Virus record (IMG/VR): IMGVR_UViG_3300033066_001528
Location: 59,913 to 123,912 of that record
Strand: one strand, 5' to 3'
DNA length: 64,000 bases
DNA from: a virus
Taxonomy: Duplodnaviria; Caudoviricetes
Shown: positions 45,569 through 55,199 of the stretch, piece by piece
How positions within the stretch are numbered: position 1 is the stretch's first letter
How the letters are laid out: each line of letters begins with the position of its first letter
Translations under genes and position numbers: made by a program
The notes under the pieces: generated by a model
What the model saw: the letters and a program-made list of their open reading frames with translations, nothing else
Databases searched by the model: none
What the model was told of the DNA's origin: nothing

Positions 45569-46618
45569 CTATTGGGAAGATGAACCCTTTAACTCAGCAT
45601 CTTCATAAACCTGAGCAAGAGTGACATCCTGAGAATATATCCTGCTATCTTTTCCATTTGTCAGACGACTATAAACAGCAGACGCGCGAGACGGCTTCAG
45701 TGGGCATACAGAAAGGCGTTTGATGAGCCTACCGGGGCGAAGGATAGCTCTATCAATAGAAGCCAATTCTTGGTTTGTACTGACAATCACCCTTAGGTCA
45801 AGGGTGGCACCCATAATCCCATCGGACATATTTAGAAGGGAAGCAAGACTAGCCTTAGCCGCTTTATTTTTCTCCCTGGCAATCAAACAATCGTCGGCGT
45901 CCTCCAAAATAAGAACAATGTGCTTCCCCTCTTCCCTCTGATTGATGAGGGTGAGAGCGAAATCAGGACCCGAAAGATCAGTTAGAAGATGAGGTGGAAC
46001 TAGGATACAAGTTGAAGTACCCATCAAGTCACCAATCATCGATCTAACAAGTCGGGTTTTTCCGGTGCCAGGAACTCCCTCCAATAAAACCAGACGACCT
46101 TTAGGGTCCTCTTTTGAGAGCTCAGAAACAATGTATTTGTAGCCCTCTACAACATCCCCGTTGTAATTATCGGGTATCATTTTGTCCGTGAGAGAGCCAA
46201 GTTCCCGAATGAAATAACGTCCATTTTCACGGCAGAAGATATGAACTCTGGGATCAGTCTCTTCCTTCTCCGGAGTGACAAATCGTTGAGTGATGTCATG
46301 AAGAGTAGAAGAACGGGTGTCCGAAGCAGTGGACCAGAACCCACGTATTGTCTTGTCTTCATAAATCTCCAAGGAAAAATGGCAGGTAGCATCTGCAAAC
46401 ACCCTCGTTGTGGCAGTGGTCCATCGAAGACGGATACCTACTTTATCCATCTCTGACTCCAACTCCTCCAAAGGGTGAGTGAGGGTGCCAGAAAACTGGC
46501 AGGAGGTACCAAGAGACCCATTCACCAGAGCTTGATGGAGAAAGGGTGAATCCTCCGTTCGGACAGCGTGATGGGAAAAAGAATGAAACAGCTCAGGATT
46601 TGACCACCAGGGTTGCAT
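45569..46618 (-). CDS. AAA+ ATPase
   Basis: GVPGTGKT, LILEDAD, LLNMSDG, STN, DRAILRPGRL. Confidence 0.9.
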   Translation of the reverse strand: MQPWWSNPELFHSFSHHAVRTEDSPFLHQALVNGSLGTSCQFSGTLTHPLEELESEMDKVGIRLRWTTATTRVFADATCHFSLEIYEDKTIRGFWSTASDTRSSTLHDITQRFVTPEKEETDPRVHIFCRENGRYFIRELGSLTDKMIPDNYNGDVVEGYKYIVSELSKEDPKGRLVLLEGVPGTGKTRLVRSMIGDLMGTSTCILVPPHLLTDLSGPDFALTLINQREEGKHIVLILEDADDCLIAREKNKAAKASLASLLNMSDGIMGATLDLRVIVSTNQELASIDRAILRPGRLIKRLSVCPLKPSRASAVYSRLTNGKDSRIYSQDVTLAQVYEDAELKGSSSQ

Positions 46619-46626
46619 AAGGGAAG

Positions 46627-47373
46627 TTACCCGTAGATGGGGAATGTTGACATCAAAAGATTTTGGCCACCACTAGACCACACCTCTCCGGGATCCTTTC
46701 CTCTGTAGCGGAAGTCCACCGCCACCAACCCAGCCTTCTTCAGAAGACCCAAAGCTCCCGGGCGATACCTACCCTTTTCTGCATCATAAAAGCCATTCGT
46801 TGCCTGTCGTCCGGTCTCATCATTGTCATAGACCATGTAAACCTGACCCTGGCAAAATCTGGATAGAAACTGGATGTGGCTCTTGGCTAGACCCGCTTTA
46901 AGGGTTGCCACAAGGGCATCCTTAGGGGGAATGACCCTAGCCAATGCAAAAAGGTCATACACCCCTTCGCATATCCAAATGGACCCCCCTGACCATAATT
47001 TCTCCGCCGCTTGAGGGGTATTGATGAGGAAGGGGTTCCAGGATGCTTCCGGTAATCGGAACTCACTGATTCGTTTCTCCGAGGGGTCTCGGCTAGGGGT
47101 CCTAGCCTCCATTCCGATCAACATTCCCGTAGGCGAGAGAATAGGGAAGACAATCATCCCCTTCAATCTTTCTCCATGATTCCCGTACCGTTGCCTAAAA
47201 ACTGCACTGGGGCTTATGTCGGTGCTAGGTACCCATTCTTTCACCCCAAGGGTATGCAGAATAGCATCTGTAGCCCCACGGCCATATAAATACCCTTCCG
47301 TATCTTCCCCAAGGGTAAGGCCGGACAAATGGTCATGCAGCCACACCCCCACATCGGAGGTAGGGGTCACCAT
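46627..47373 (-). CDS. DnaG-like primase, TOPRIM core only
   Basis: YLYGRG, IVFPI, EAR, WICEGVYD, YDNDETG, KDPGE; no N-terminal Zn-binding domain. Confidence 0.8.
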   Translation of the reverse strand: MVTPTSDVGVWLHDHLSGLTLGEDTEGYLYGRGATDAILHTLGVKEWVPSTDISPSAVFRQRYGNHGERLKGMIVFPILSPTGMLIGMEARTPSRDPSEKRISEFRLPEASWNPFLINTPQAAEKLWSGGSIWICEGVYDLFALARVIPPKDALVATLKAGLAKSHIQFLSRFCQGQVYMVYDNDETGRQATNGFYDAEKGRYRPGALGLLKKAGLVAVDFRYRGKDPGEVWSSGGQNLLMSTFPIYG

Positions 47374-47897
47374 GTTCCGAGGACAACCATACCCCGAGAT
47401 GGATTATGAAGAACAGCGGTATAACTGTTCTTCAATAGACCCACAAAACCAAGGTAGCCCCTACATCTCGGGACCAGAACGGAGCAACCATCCTGAACCC
47501 AATCAGTCTCTACCACTCTGGTAGCTGCAGAAGCTTGAAAGGAGATGGCCGGGTCTCCTTTACGAATAAGAAAATCCAACTCAAGAATACCATAAGAAAA
47601 AAGATAGTCCTCGGCATCCATAAGACCAACTGATGAGTGGGGAAACACGTTTCCCCACTCATGTTGGGTACCAAAGGAGGCTACTTCTCGAACCACGTCG
47701 GCATAGAGATTGGCCGGAGGGGACCCGGAACGCACCCCGGAGCGAATTAATCCCTCCGATGACTCGTCAACCCAAAGAAGATCCTTTGTGCCGGTAACAA
47801 GAAAAGGTCCGGTACCGGGCTCAACAGGGACGGTTATGAAAAGCCCAGTAACGCCAAGCCCCAGGACTAAGTCATGAATTAGGTCCGAATCAGCCAT
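47367..47897 (-). CDS. Hypothetical protein, possible degenerate capsid-fold homolog
   Basis: C-terminal ~55 aa resemble the MCP C-terminus (see findings). Confidence 0.55.
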   Translation of the reverse strand: MADSDLIHDLVLGLGVTGLFITVPVEPGTGPFLVTGTKDLLWVDESSEGLIRSGVRSGSPPANLYADVVREVASFGTQHEWGNVFPHSSVGLMDAEDYLFSYGILELDFLIRKGDPAISFQASAATRVVETDWVQDGCSVLVPRCRGYLGFVGLLKNSYTAVLHNPSRGMVVLGTW

Positions 47898-48388
47898 ATC
47901 CCATCACCATCCTGAGAGAGCCCCCATTCAAACCCTCGCTTTGGAGGATTATCTGAAGCCATAAGAGAAGGCCCGGGTAGCCACATCTGATAACGATAGG
48001 TGCTAAGAGTGGGTGGGTCTGAAAACGACGTTGTATCCAATACCCACAATAGAGCAGCCATATCCGGATATCGTGAAGCTATCTCCGCCCGAGAAGATGA
48101 CTCAAGAAAAGAGTCAAAGTCTTTCCGGATAGATTCTTTTGTATTGACACATTGAAAAAAGGGACATTTTGCCGCTCGCTCCAGTCCACCTTTAGTGGAA
48201 TCACAAACGGTATACTGACATCCATCTTCGGGGAGAACACACAACCTCACCCGAATTGAGTCGTCTTCAACTGAAACGTTATGGGAACAGTTTTCGGGTT
48301 TGCGAGACAAACCAGTACGGAGCTCTCGTTTCAGATGACGAAACCTAACCTGACTCAACTGGTGATGAATCTGACCTTCTGTTCTCAC
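47879..48388 (-). CDS. Cys-rich hypothetical protein
   Basis: PENCSHN...LC...C...VCD...CPFF. Confidence 0.7.
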   Translation of the reverse strand: MRTEGQIHHQLSQVRFRHLKRELRTGLSRKPENCSHNVSVEDDSIRVRLCVLPEDGCQYTVCDSTKGGLERAAKCPFFQCVNTKESIRKDFDSFLESSSRAEIASRYPDMAALLWVLDTTSFSDPPTLSTYRYQMWLPGPSLMASDNPPKRGFEWGLSQDGDGIWLIRT

Positions 48389-48413
48389 GAAAGAACCTTA
48401 CACCACCGGAGAG

Positions 48414-48623
48414 TCACCAAGCCTCATACTCCGTTACATCCTCTGACACACCGCACCTAGAGCAAGTAACAGTGTAAGCACATCCTAAAGAAGTAGGGGT
48501 TATGAGGTAGGATATATGGCCACCTATTGCCGTGTGGCCCATATCCCTATGCATATGGTTGGAAATAAAATTGGAGACCCGATCAGTTTCCAGCGGTGTC
48601 AGGATGAAAGACAGGGTATCCAT
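48414..48623 (-). CDS. Small Zn-ribbon protein
   Basis: Start refined to MDTLSF; PTSLG...VTCSRCG...DVTEYEAW. Confidence 0.6.
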   Translation of the reverse strand: MDTLSFILTPLETDRVSNFISNHMHRDMGHTAIGGHISYLITPTSLGCAYTVTCSRCGVSEDVTEYEAW

Positions 48624-48636
48624 ACCCTGAGTTACC

Positions 48637-49275
48637 CTAGGAATGAACCTTTCGAACAACCGTATGTCCACGATCAACGCGCAGAACATAAGCATGGTCC
48701 GCAGCGTCTACCAGAGCCTGATTGTGCGTCACCAGCAAGATATCCACCCCTAGACGTTGGCACAAAACCTTAAGGAAGGTTGCCATATTGTGGACATATC
48801 TGTCGTCGAATGCGGGCAAAGTCTCGTCCAAAAACAGCACGGGGCGAAGCCCCCTACGGAAAATAAGGGCTAAACGGAGAAGGATGGATTGAACGGTGCT
48901 AACGGCGCCACCAAAACCGTCCAGGCTGGAACCTTCTATCACATCTCCATTTTCCTTCTGCTGTTTTGTAACTAGATTGACATTTACCTTCCCGCGGCTT
49001 ACTTCTATTTCTCCGCGAACTGTAATGTCCTGATCCTGGAAAACAGCTTTGACACCCTCCGTCTGGAGAGCCTCCAAAGAATGGACACCCTCCGTAATTT
49101 CCAAGTCAATGAGGGTCCGAAGAAACTCATTGACCTGAACTAAAATATCGATCTCGTCGGAGAGGTGGCGAACGCTAGTTCGAGCCTCACTTAAGGAGCG
49201 GCGAACCTCTTGCCTCCGCCCCTTAAGAAGACCAACCCGATTACGAAGGTCTATTAGGATGCTTTCTTGAGCCAT
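48637..49275 (-). CDS. SbcC/Rad50 C-terminal ATPase half
   Basis: Coiled coil, degenerate signature GFGG, Walker B LFLDE, H-loop LVTH; no Walker A. Confidence 0.8.
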   Translation of the reverse strand: MAQESILIDLRNRVGLLKGRRQEVRRSLSEARTSVRHLSDEIDILVQVNEFLRTLIDLEITEGVHSLEALQTEGVKAVFQDQDITVRGEIEVSRGKVNVNLVTKQQKENGDVIEGSSLDGFGGAVSTVQSILLRLALIFRRGLRPVLFLDETLPAFDDRYVHNMATFLKVLCQRLGVDILLVTHNQALVDAADHAYVLRVDRGHTVVRKVHS

Positions 49276-50384
49276 GCGATTGTGGTGAGGTAGATATCTG
49301 TCCCCCGAGTATCCTGAATCCTTACCCAACCACCCTTCTTAGGAATTACGGAGACACCAACCCTAACTAGATTAGAGCTATGGCCACCAAGAGTGGTAGT
49401 GAGGTGTGTGTGTGAAACCATGAAACCGTCTTCTGGTAGATCCCCCACATCTTTTTTTGACTCGACCTTCTGAGGAAGAAGGTCGACGGTCATGAGTTTC
49501 CCACTCACCGCGGTCATACCCATAACCAGCTTTCCGTCACGGAACGCAATGGACAGCTTAGTATCCCCACGCTGTGCCCCGGATACGAGGAGGTCTACAT
49601 TTGAATCGAACTCTTCACGGAAAATATCCCAGGTGTAGTCATCGGACTGATTCCAGTCCACACCATTTAAGGTGGGGAACTTAGAAGCAAACAAAGTTTC
49701 ACCGAACACCGCACCATCCGAGCGTTGAACGAAGAAAGCTCTGTCGTGTTCCAAAATAGTCACATCGGACCCCTTGGCACTATCCAGGAACGTAGTAAGA
49801 GCCCCAATATCCTTCCCATGAACCCGAAGGGAGGACTTCTCCATCCCCTCCACCTTAATGCACGAAACGGCTATTTTGTCCGTGCTATAAAGCACCCCAT
49901 CACGAAACTCAGCCACACACAACTGTGGAGCCTGTTGCTCATCCGAGCTGACGAACATCTTGGCATGAGACAGAGCTGACTTGAGCCGATCCGAAGCAAT
50001 AACGGCGGTAACTTTAGCCGCACTTAAAATATCGTCCCAGAATGGGAATTTCGATGGGTCCAAACTTGAAAGATCAATTTTGCCCCGATCCGTAACAACA
50101 CGAACCTCTCCGTTCTTGGGCTCAAAGGACAAAACAGAGTTGTTGGGGGTGGCACCCACAACATTGGAAATTCTCCAAGCCTCTACGGTAAAAGTAACGT
50201 CCTCATCCGCGGTAGAGATTATGGGACAGGATGAGAATATTCGATTGTTCTGACTTAGAACAGTCAGCTTTCCGCCTACCACGCGAAAAAGGTAATGACC
50301 GGCCAAATCGGTATTACCAACGGTGTTACCTACAACTTTGAGTGCTGCTTCAAGATCTGACTTTGCGATTTTGATTGTCGTCAT
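49254..50384 (-). CDS. dnaN: DNA polymerase III beta sliding clamp
   Basis: 376 aa; LSSLDPSKFP, YSTDKIAV and SKFP match the clamp patterns. Confidence 0.75.
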   Translation of the reverse strand: MTTIKIAKSDLEAALKVVGNTVGNTDLAGHYLFRVVGGKLTVLSQNNRIFSSCPIISTADEDVTFTVEAWRISNVVGATPNNSVLSFEPKNGEVRVVTDRGKIDLSSLDPSKFPFWDDILSAAKVTAVIASDRLKSALSHAKMFVSSDEQQAPQLCVAEFRDGVLYSTDKIAVSCIKVEGMEKSSLRVHGKDIGALTTFLDSAKGSDVTILEHDRAFFVQRSDGAVFGETLFASKFPTLNGVDWNQSDDYTWDIFREEFDSNVDLLVSGAQRGDTKLSIAFRDGKLVMGMTAVSGKLMTVDLLPQKVESKKDVGDLPEDGFMVSHTHLTTTLGGHSSNLVRVGVSVIPKKGGWVRIQDTRGTDIYLTTIAWLKKAS

Positions 50385-50390
50385 TGTTCC

Positions 50391-50684
50391 CTACTTGTTG
50401 TCAATCGATTTCTGGAGGTTGTTTAAGTCCATCTCCACACGGAGAATGGACTCTTCATATGTTTTCATGGAATCTTCTAAAGCCCGCTGAATCTTCTCAA
50501 TGGAAATGTCAAGTTGATTTGGATCCAACCCTTTGGCTCGACACTGAGCCTCTAGCTCGGAGACAACCCGCTCTGACTCCTCTAAGCGACCACTGACCCG
50601 CTCTACTTTTTGAGCTGCGTCATCCCGGCGTTTCTGGAGTAAAGATAATTGACGTTTGATATCTTCAGGGGAAAGCTGAACCAT
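50391..50684 (-). CDS. Small coiled-coil protein
   Basis: Heptad pattern throughout 97 aa. Confidence 0.7.
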   Translation of the reverse strand: MVQLSPEDIKRQLSLLQKRRDDAAQKVERVSGRLEESERVVSELEAQCRAKGLDPNQLDISIEKIQRALEDSMKTYEESILRVEMDLNNLQKSIDNK

Positions 50685-50692
50685 GAAAATGA

Positions 50693-51685
50693 TTACGATT
50701 TCTTACGAGTGAGAGCGGTCTGAGGCACAAACCCAAGCTCCATAACACCACCCTGCCCGACAAGATCATCCTCCGGTTCTGAAGGCTTGCGCTTCCTAGA
50801 GTTTTGAGCCTTTTGTTCCTGACGAGCATCACATACGGATTCGTACTCGCAAAACTTGCACGTTTTGGGGGAAGGGGTTGGATCAAACATTTGATCCTGA
50901 ATAGACCGATAGGTCTCTTTTCCCCTGTGCCTAATAGACTTCAAATCCTCTACCGTAAAAGGAACGTCTACCAATCCGGTCCACGGTTCCCCTTCAGGGT
51001 GACCCGGAGGGGGATTCCCTGCGGGGTATCGAAAGTAGCAAAAAACAAGACGGTTTGGTAGCGTTCTGTAAGACAGGTAAAAACACATTGCGTACCAACG
51101 CAACTGATCCGGATCGGTGTACTTACCAGGAGAAAGAGAGTTTTTCCCATCAAGGATGGTAACGCCACTATCATCCCGGCGTACAATCAAATCTGGCCTA
51201 CCCGCAACCGGAGTGTATTGGTCAATCCAAGTTGTCAAATCAACCTCGGATTTAGCATAAGGTCCCAGCAACTTGTTATCCTTCATCGTACGAAGGTATC
51301 CAAGAATGCCGGTGGTGCAAATCCTCTCTAACTCTTCCTTGGGAGGAGACTTCCCCCAATCAATGTATGTTTTCGGGTCTTTCAGACAAGAATCTAATTC
51401 TTGTCTGACAATTTCCACGAGACGATCGGAAAGGGTTGCCGGGGTACGCCACAGTTCATCATTGTAGAGGTGTTCGATTGCCTTGGAGAGTACATTACCC
51501 ATCACGGCATGGTGCTTACTATCCCGTACAGGTTTCTCTTTCGATCGACCAGGACCCCTACCTAAATCAATGTCACCGTGGCCGTGGCCCCAAAGATATT
51601 TCCGTGGGCAAGATTCATAATCTTCCACGGAGCTCCAATAGAGATATGACTGACGCACATCGTCATCATACCCTGGTGTAGTCAT
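50693..51685 (-). CDS. PD-(D/E)XK exonuclease, RecB/Cas4-like with Fe-S Cys ligands
   Basis: CPRKY, GRPDL...ILDGKN, QLRWY, CKFCEYESVC. Confidence 0.85.
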   Translation of the reverse strand: MTTPGYDDDVRQSYLYWSSVEDYESCPRKYLWGHGHGDIDLGRGPGRSKEKPVRDSKHHAVMGNVLSKAIEHLYNDELWRTPATLSDRLVEIVRQELDSCLKDPKTYIDWGKSPPKEELERICTTGILGYLRTMKDNKLLGPYAKSEVDLTTWIDQYTPVAGRPDLIVRRDDSGVTILDGKNSLSPGKYTDPDQLRWYAMCFYLSYRTLPNRLVFCYFRYPAGNPPPGHPEGEPWTGLVDVPFTVEDLKSIRHRGKETYRSIQDQMFDPTPSPKTCKFCEYESVCDARQEQKAQNSRKRKPSEPEDDLVGQGGVMELGFVPQTALTRKKS

Positions 51686-51693
51686 GGAAAAGG

Positions 51694-52668
51694 TTACGCT
51701 CCAGCTTTCTCAAGATAGAGAATGGTTTTCTCTTTAACCTTTTCCGAAATACCCGTAGCTAGTCTGACTTTATCAATCGCAGTTCCCTCTTTTCTAACAG
51801 AAAGAATGGACGCCAGGGAGTTGGAAAAAGACTCCATCATCTGCGATCTGAGTATCCCAACCTCATGCTTTTGTAAGTCAAAAATCTCGGAGGAGGGTTT
51901 ATGATTAACAGGTATTACCTCCACACTGGGGGGCAATCCCTTTTCGAATCTCAAAACACCAACCGAAGGAACCCTATCCAAATCATCTTGAGAGAGAGCC
52001 CCTCTGGACAAGCTTCCAATATTGACAATGGTTTTCCCTCCAGGGGTTTTTGATACGCCCTGATTCTTATGCCAGTGGCCGAAAGCAAATAGGTCACCAT
52101 CATAGGCATCTAGCACGTCATACCTAATAACGTCCTCATTCTCGAACATTGTTGTTTTCGTTGGTGAGGCCAGCAGATGAGCAACCACCACCAAAAAATC
52201 TTCAGTGCCCTTTTTGATCCTGGAAAACCTATCCATATCATAAGTCGTACCGTGATAAGGAATACCCACAACACGAACCGAAACACCATCCCGGGTGAAG
52301 GTAGCCTCGTGCTCATCATAAAGGCGACGAAAGACCCCCGCCTCGTAGAGAACCCCTAAGGGTTGTTGAGGTAGGTAACTGTAATCCCCATACACACAGT
52401 CATGGTTACCGACATTTGCATAAACCGGACAAGGATAATTCTGGTGGGCCTTAAAAATACGCTGAATAAGAGAATGAGTCGTTCTTCCAGGAGATTTGAT
52501 ATCAAAAAAGTCACCTCCATCTAGAACGGCAGAAGCATCAACCTCTTTTGCGATTCTCCCAACATCTACCACTTTCCCCAAAATCACATCGGACCAAATG
52601 TCAACCCGGGACCGTGGTGTGTGATCGGAAAGGTGAACATCAGTGCGCCATACAAGTGTGAGACCCAT
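51694..52668 (-). CDS. SbcD/Mre11-like metallophosphoesterase nuclease
   Basis: TDVH, GGDFFD, GNHD, AH, FGHWH, NIGSLSR. Confidence 0.85.
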   Translation of the reverse strand: MGLTLVWRTDVHLSDHTPRSRVDIWSDVILGKVVDVGRIAKEVDASAVLDGGDFFDIKSPGRTTHSLIQRIFKAHQNYPCPVYANVGNHDCVYGDYSYLPQQPLGVLYEAGVFRRLYDEHEATFTRDGVSVRVVGIPYHGTTYDMDRFSRIKKGTEDFLVVVAHLLASPTKTTMFENEDVIRYDVLDAYDGDLFAFGHWHKNQGVSKTPGGKTIVNIGSLSRGALSQDDLDRVPSVGVLRFEKGLPPSVEVIPVNHKPSSEIFDLQKHEVGILRSQMMESFSNSLASILSVRKEGTAIDKVRLATGISEKVKEKTILYLEKAGA

Positions 52669-52762
52669 AAGTAACCTTACACCGCCTCGGGTTTTGGCCT
52701 ATGGTCTATGATAGGTGGGATCCCAAAGGATCCCATAACCCTCCACCCCACGAGGTATTTGC

Positions 52763-54061
52763 TTGGAAAACAAGGCACGGCTTCACGTTCTTGACACTTC
52801 TGTTCTCGTACACGACCCAGAGGCCCTCAACAACTATCCGGGGGGACACGTAGCCATCCCCCTATTCGTTGTGATGGAACTGGATGACCTCAAAACTTCA
52901 CCTAGGCATGAGGTAGCCACCCCGGCTAGAATTGCCAGCCGGAAGATTGTAGAGCTTCAACAGTATGGCAGTCTAAACAACCCTAAGGGAGTCACAAACC
53001 CGCACAACGGCACAACCGTTTACATCATCGGAGGGGAGAGTTTTTCCAGCCTGAAAGACAGCGCATCATCCCGAAAAATGGATCTCTTGATTCTGGGTTC
53101 AGCCCTGGAGCTTCAAAAGAGGTTCGAGAACTTTCGGGTTGTCATGGTATCCCGAGACGTGAACTTGAGAATTTTAGCCGATAGTCAGGGTCTTGGGACT
53201 GATGCATACGAACTAGACAGAGTGCAGGAAAGCGACATCCCTAAAGGATGGGCCATGTATGAGGGAGACCCTTCGGATCTTTTGATGGAGGGGTTCACTT
53301 TTAAGGATAAAATCCTTGCACCTAACGAATTTCTAAGATGTGAGGATCACATCGTTCGAATGAAAAAGGACAAGCTATCTCCGGTATCAAAAGTGTTTCG
53401 CAACACCGGAATAACCCCCCGGAATGCGGAGCAACGAATGGCGATGGATCTACTCATGGACCCATCAGTGAGTTTGGTGACGCTCCTGGGAATCAGTGGT
53501 ACGGGAAAAACTATCAGTGCCCTGGGTGCTGCCTTGGCTCAATTGGATAAAACCTATGATCGAATCATTCTGTCGAAACCAGTCGTTGCGATGGGAAAAG
53601 ATCTGGGATATCTACCCGGAGACCAGGGAGAGAAGCTCGCCCCGTGGATGCTTTCCTTTCAAGACAACCTGGACCAACTTATCAGTACGGACAATGACAA
53701 TCAGGGTCGCAAAGGGTCCAAAGAAAAAACCTGGGAACAGCTTTTCCATGCCAAAAAAATGGAGATGCAACCCCTTCATTCCATTCGTGGACGGAGCATC
53801 TCCAGAGCATTCATCATCGTAGATGAGGTACAGAATATATCCCCACACGAAGTGAAAACGGTCGTCTCCAGGGCCGCAATGGGAACGAAAGTAGTCTTGT
53901 GCGGGGACCCCGACCAGATTGATGACTCCTATTTGGACAAATTCACTAACGGGCTAGTCCATGCGGCAACCGCAAGCTATGGTAGCCCCATTGCCGGAAC
54001 TGTTACTTTAATAGAGGGGGTAAGAAGCCCTCTAGCCGAACTCGCAGCTACACGCTTCTAA
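52763..54061 (+). CDS. phoH: PIN-PhoH (PhoH2-type) protein
   Basis: VLDTSVL and SRDVNLR PIN motifs; GISGTGKT, LGYLPG, IRGRSI, DEVQN, GDPDQID. Confidence 0.92.
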   Translation: MENKARLHVLDTSVLVHDPEALNNYPGGHVAIPLFVVMELDDLKTSPRHEVATPARIASRKIVELQQYGSLNNPKGVTNPHNGTTVYIIGGESFSSLKDSASSRKMDLLILGSALELQKRFENFRVVMVSRDVNLRILADSQGLGTDAYELDRVQESDIPKGWAMYEGDPSDLLMEGFTFKDKILAPNEFLRCEDHIVRMKKDKLSPVSKVFRNTGITPRNAEQRMAMDLLMDPSVSLVTLLGISGTGKTISALGAALAQLDKTYDRIILSKPVVAMGKDLGYLPGDQGEKLAPWMLSFQDNLDQLISTDNDNQGRKGSKEKTWEQLFHAKKMEMQPLHSIRGRSISRAFIIVDEVQNISPHEVKTVVSRAAMGTKVVLCGDPDQIDDSYLDKFTNGLVHAATASYGSPIAGTVTLIEGVRSPLAELAATRF

Positions 54062-54096
54062 GCGTGTGATCCAATCGGGTTAGAATCCCATCCAAA

Positions 54097-55185
54097 CTAC
54101 GGTATATGATGCTTTGTGGAAATTGATCCGCAAGTTGGGCATGTCTCTATACGGCCAAGGGAATCAGAGAGTTCCGTAGAAACTTGTTCCAAATCTGAGT
54201 TTGCTTTCGCAAGTTCCCCGCGAAGAGAACTTGATGAACTTCTCGCGGAGAGAAGGGCATCTTTTATTTGATTGATTTGAGAAAGGTCATTCAAAAGGGA
54301 TGTGATATTAGGGGGTGAGGGTGGTGCCGAAGGTGGCAATCTCTCAACTTTTCCCTTCCATACCGCAACCTGTTCTCTTGACTCTAGGAGTCGGTATCTC
54401 ATATCAAGAGCCCACTCATAAGCAGCCTGTAACTTAGACAACCTTGGATCCGATGGGGGAACTTCTATGGATCGAATGGGGGAAAGAACTGCACACACAC
54501 GCAAAGCAGAATCTCTGTGATCTCTCAAAGCCCTCACATCAACAAGTTGAGCACGGTGCTTCGATACCTCGGACTCCAAAAAGACCAAATTCGTCAAAGC
54601 ACTATCCACATCATCCAGACCTTGGAATTTACTCTCATGAGCTTCCAACCTATCAACGTCATTTTGCCGAACTTTTAATTCCATGACAGAGGATCTATGA
54701 TCGGATTGAGATTGTCTCAGAGCTTCATTGAGGACACCAACCCTATCAACATCGGCAATAGCCTCGGCTAGAACGGAACCTGGAGAATCAAGCAAAAATA
54801 CCTGACCATTGAATTGATGTGCAAATTGAGGCCAAAGAGGATCTCTTCCGGACAGGTTCACCGGAACAACCCCAAGACCAGTAATCTCGTCCGGTACTTT
54901 CTGACTTACCTTGTTGAGCCATTTACCGTTGATGCGATAACGGTTTACCCCAGATCCCTTTTCCCAGGTAACGGTCTGTCCATCGTGAAAATCCAGGGTA
55001 ACAGAGCAATACTCTTTACCGTTTCGAACGAAAAGGTTCCCACGGGTGTTTGTAAAGACCCCGTGGATCGCTCGGAAAATAGCACTTTTACCGCTGTTAT
55101 TGGAGCCTGTTAAAACAGTGAGGCCGCTAACCTCAAGATCAGCGGCCTCAATGCTTTGATAATTTCGGATGCGAACTGTAATCAT
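54097..55185 (-). CDS. SbcC/Rad50 N-terminal ATPase half ending at the zinc hook
   Basis: IRNYQS, GSNNSGKS Walker A, Q-loop FAHQF, coiled coil, C-terminal CPTCG. Confidence 0.85.
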   Translation of the reverse strand: MITVRIRNYQSIEAADLEVSGLTVLTGSNNSGKSAIFRAIHGVFTNTRGNLFVRNGKEYCSVTLDFHDGQTVTWEKGSGVNRYRINGKWLNKVSQKVPDEITGLGVVPVNLSGRDPLWPQFAHQFNGQVFLLDSPGSVLAEAIADVDRVGVLNEALRQSQSDHRSSVMELKVRQNDVDRLEAHESKFQGLDDVDSALTNLVFLESEVSKHRAQLVDVRALRDHRDSALRVCAVLSPIRSIEVPPSDPRLSKLQAAYEWALDMRYRLLESREQVAVWKGKVERLPPSAPPSPPNITSLLNDLSQINQIKDALLSARSSSSSLRGELAKANSDLEQVSTELSDSLGRIETCPTCGSISTKHHIP

Positions 55186-55199
55186 TGGTGGTGAGGGGA

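Noticed and set aside
45277-45624. Plus-strand ORF (possible 66-aa product from ATG 45424) in the gap between two minus-strand genes
   Set aside because: Overlaps the AAA ATPase 3' end, has no RBS or homology cue; cannot be supported although it may be real.
50693-51685. Cas4-like nuclease suggesting CRISPR-Cas
   Set aside because: No cas1/cas2 or array in the window; standalone RecB/Cas4-like nucleases are common in phage recombination modules.
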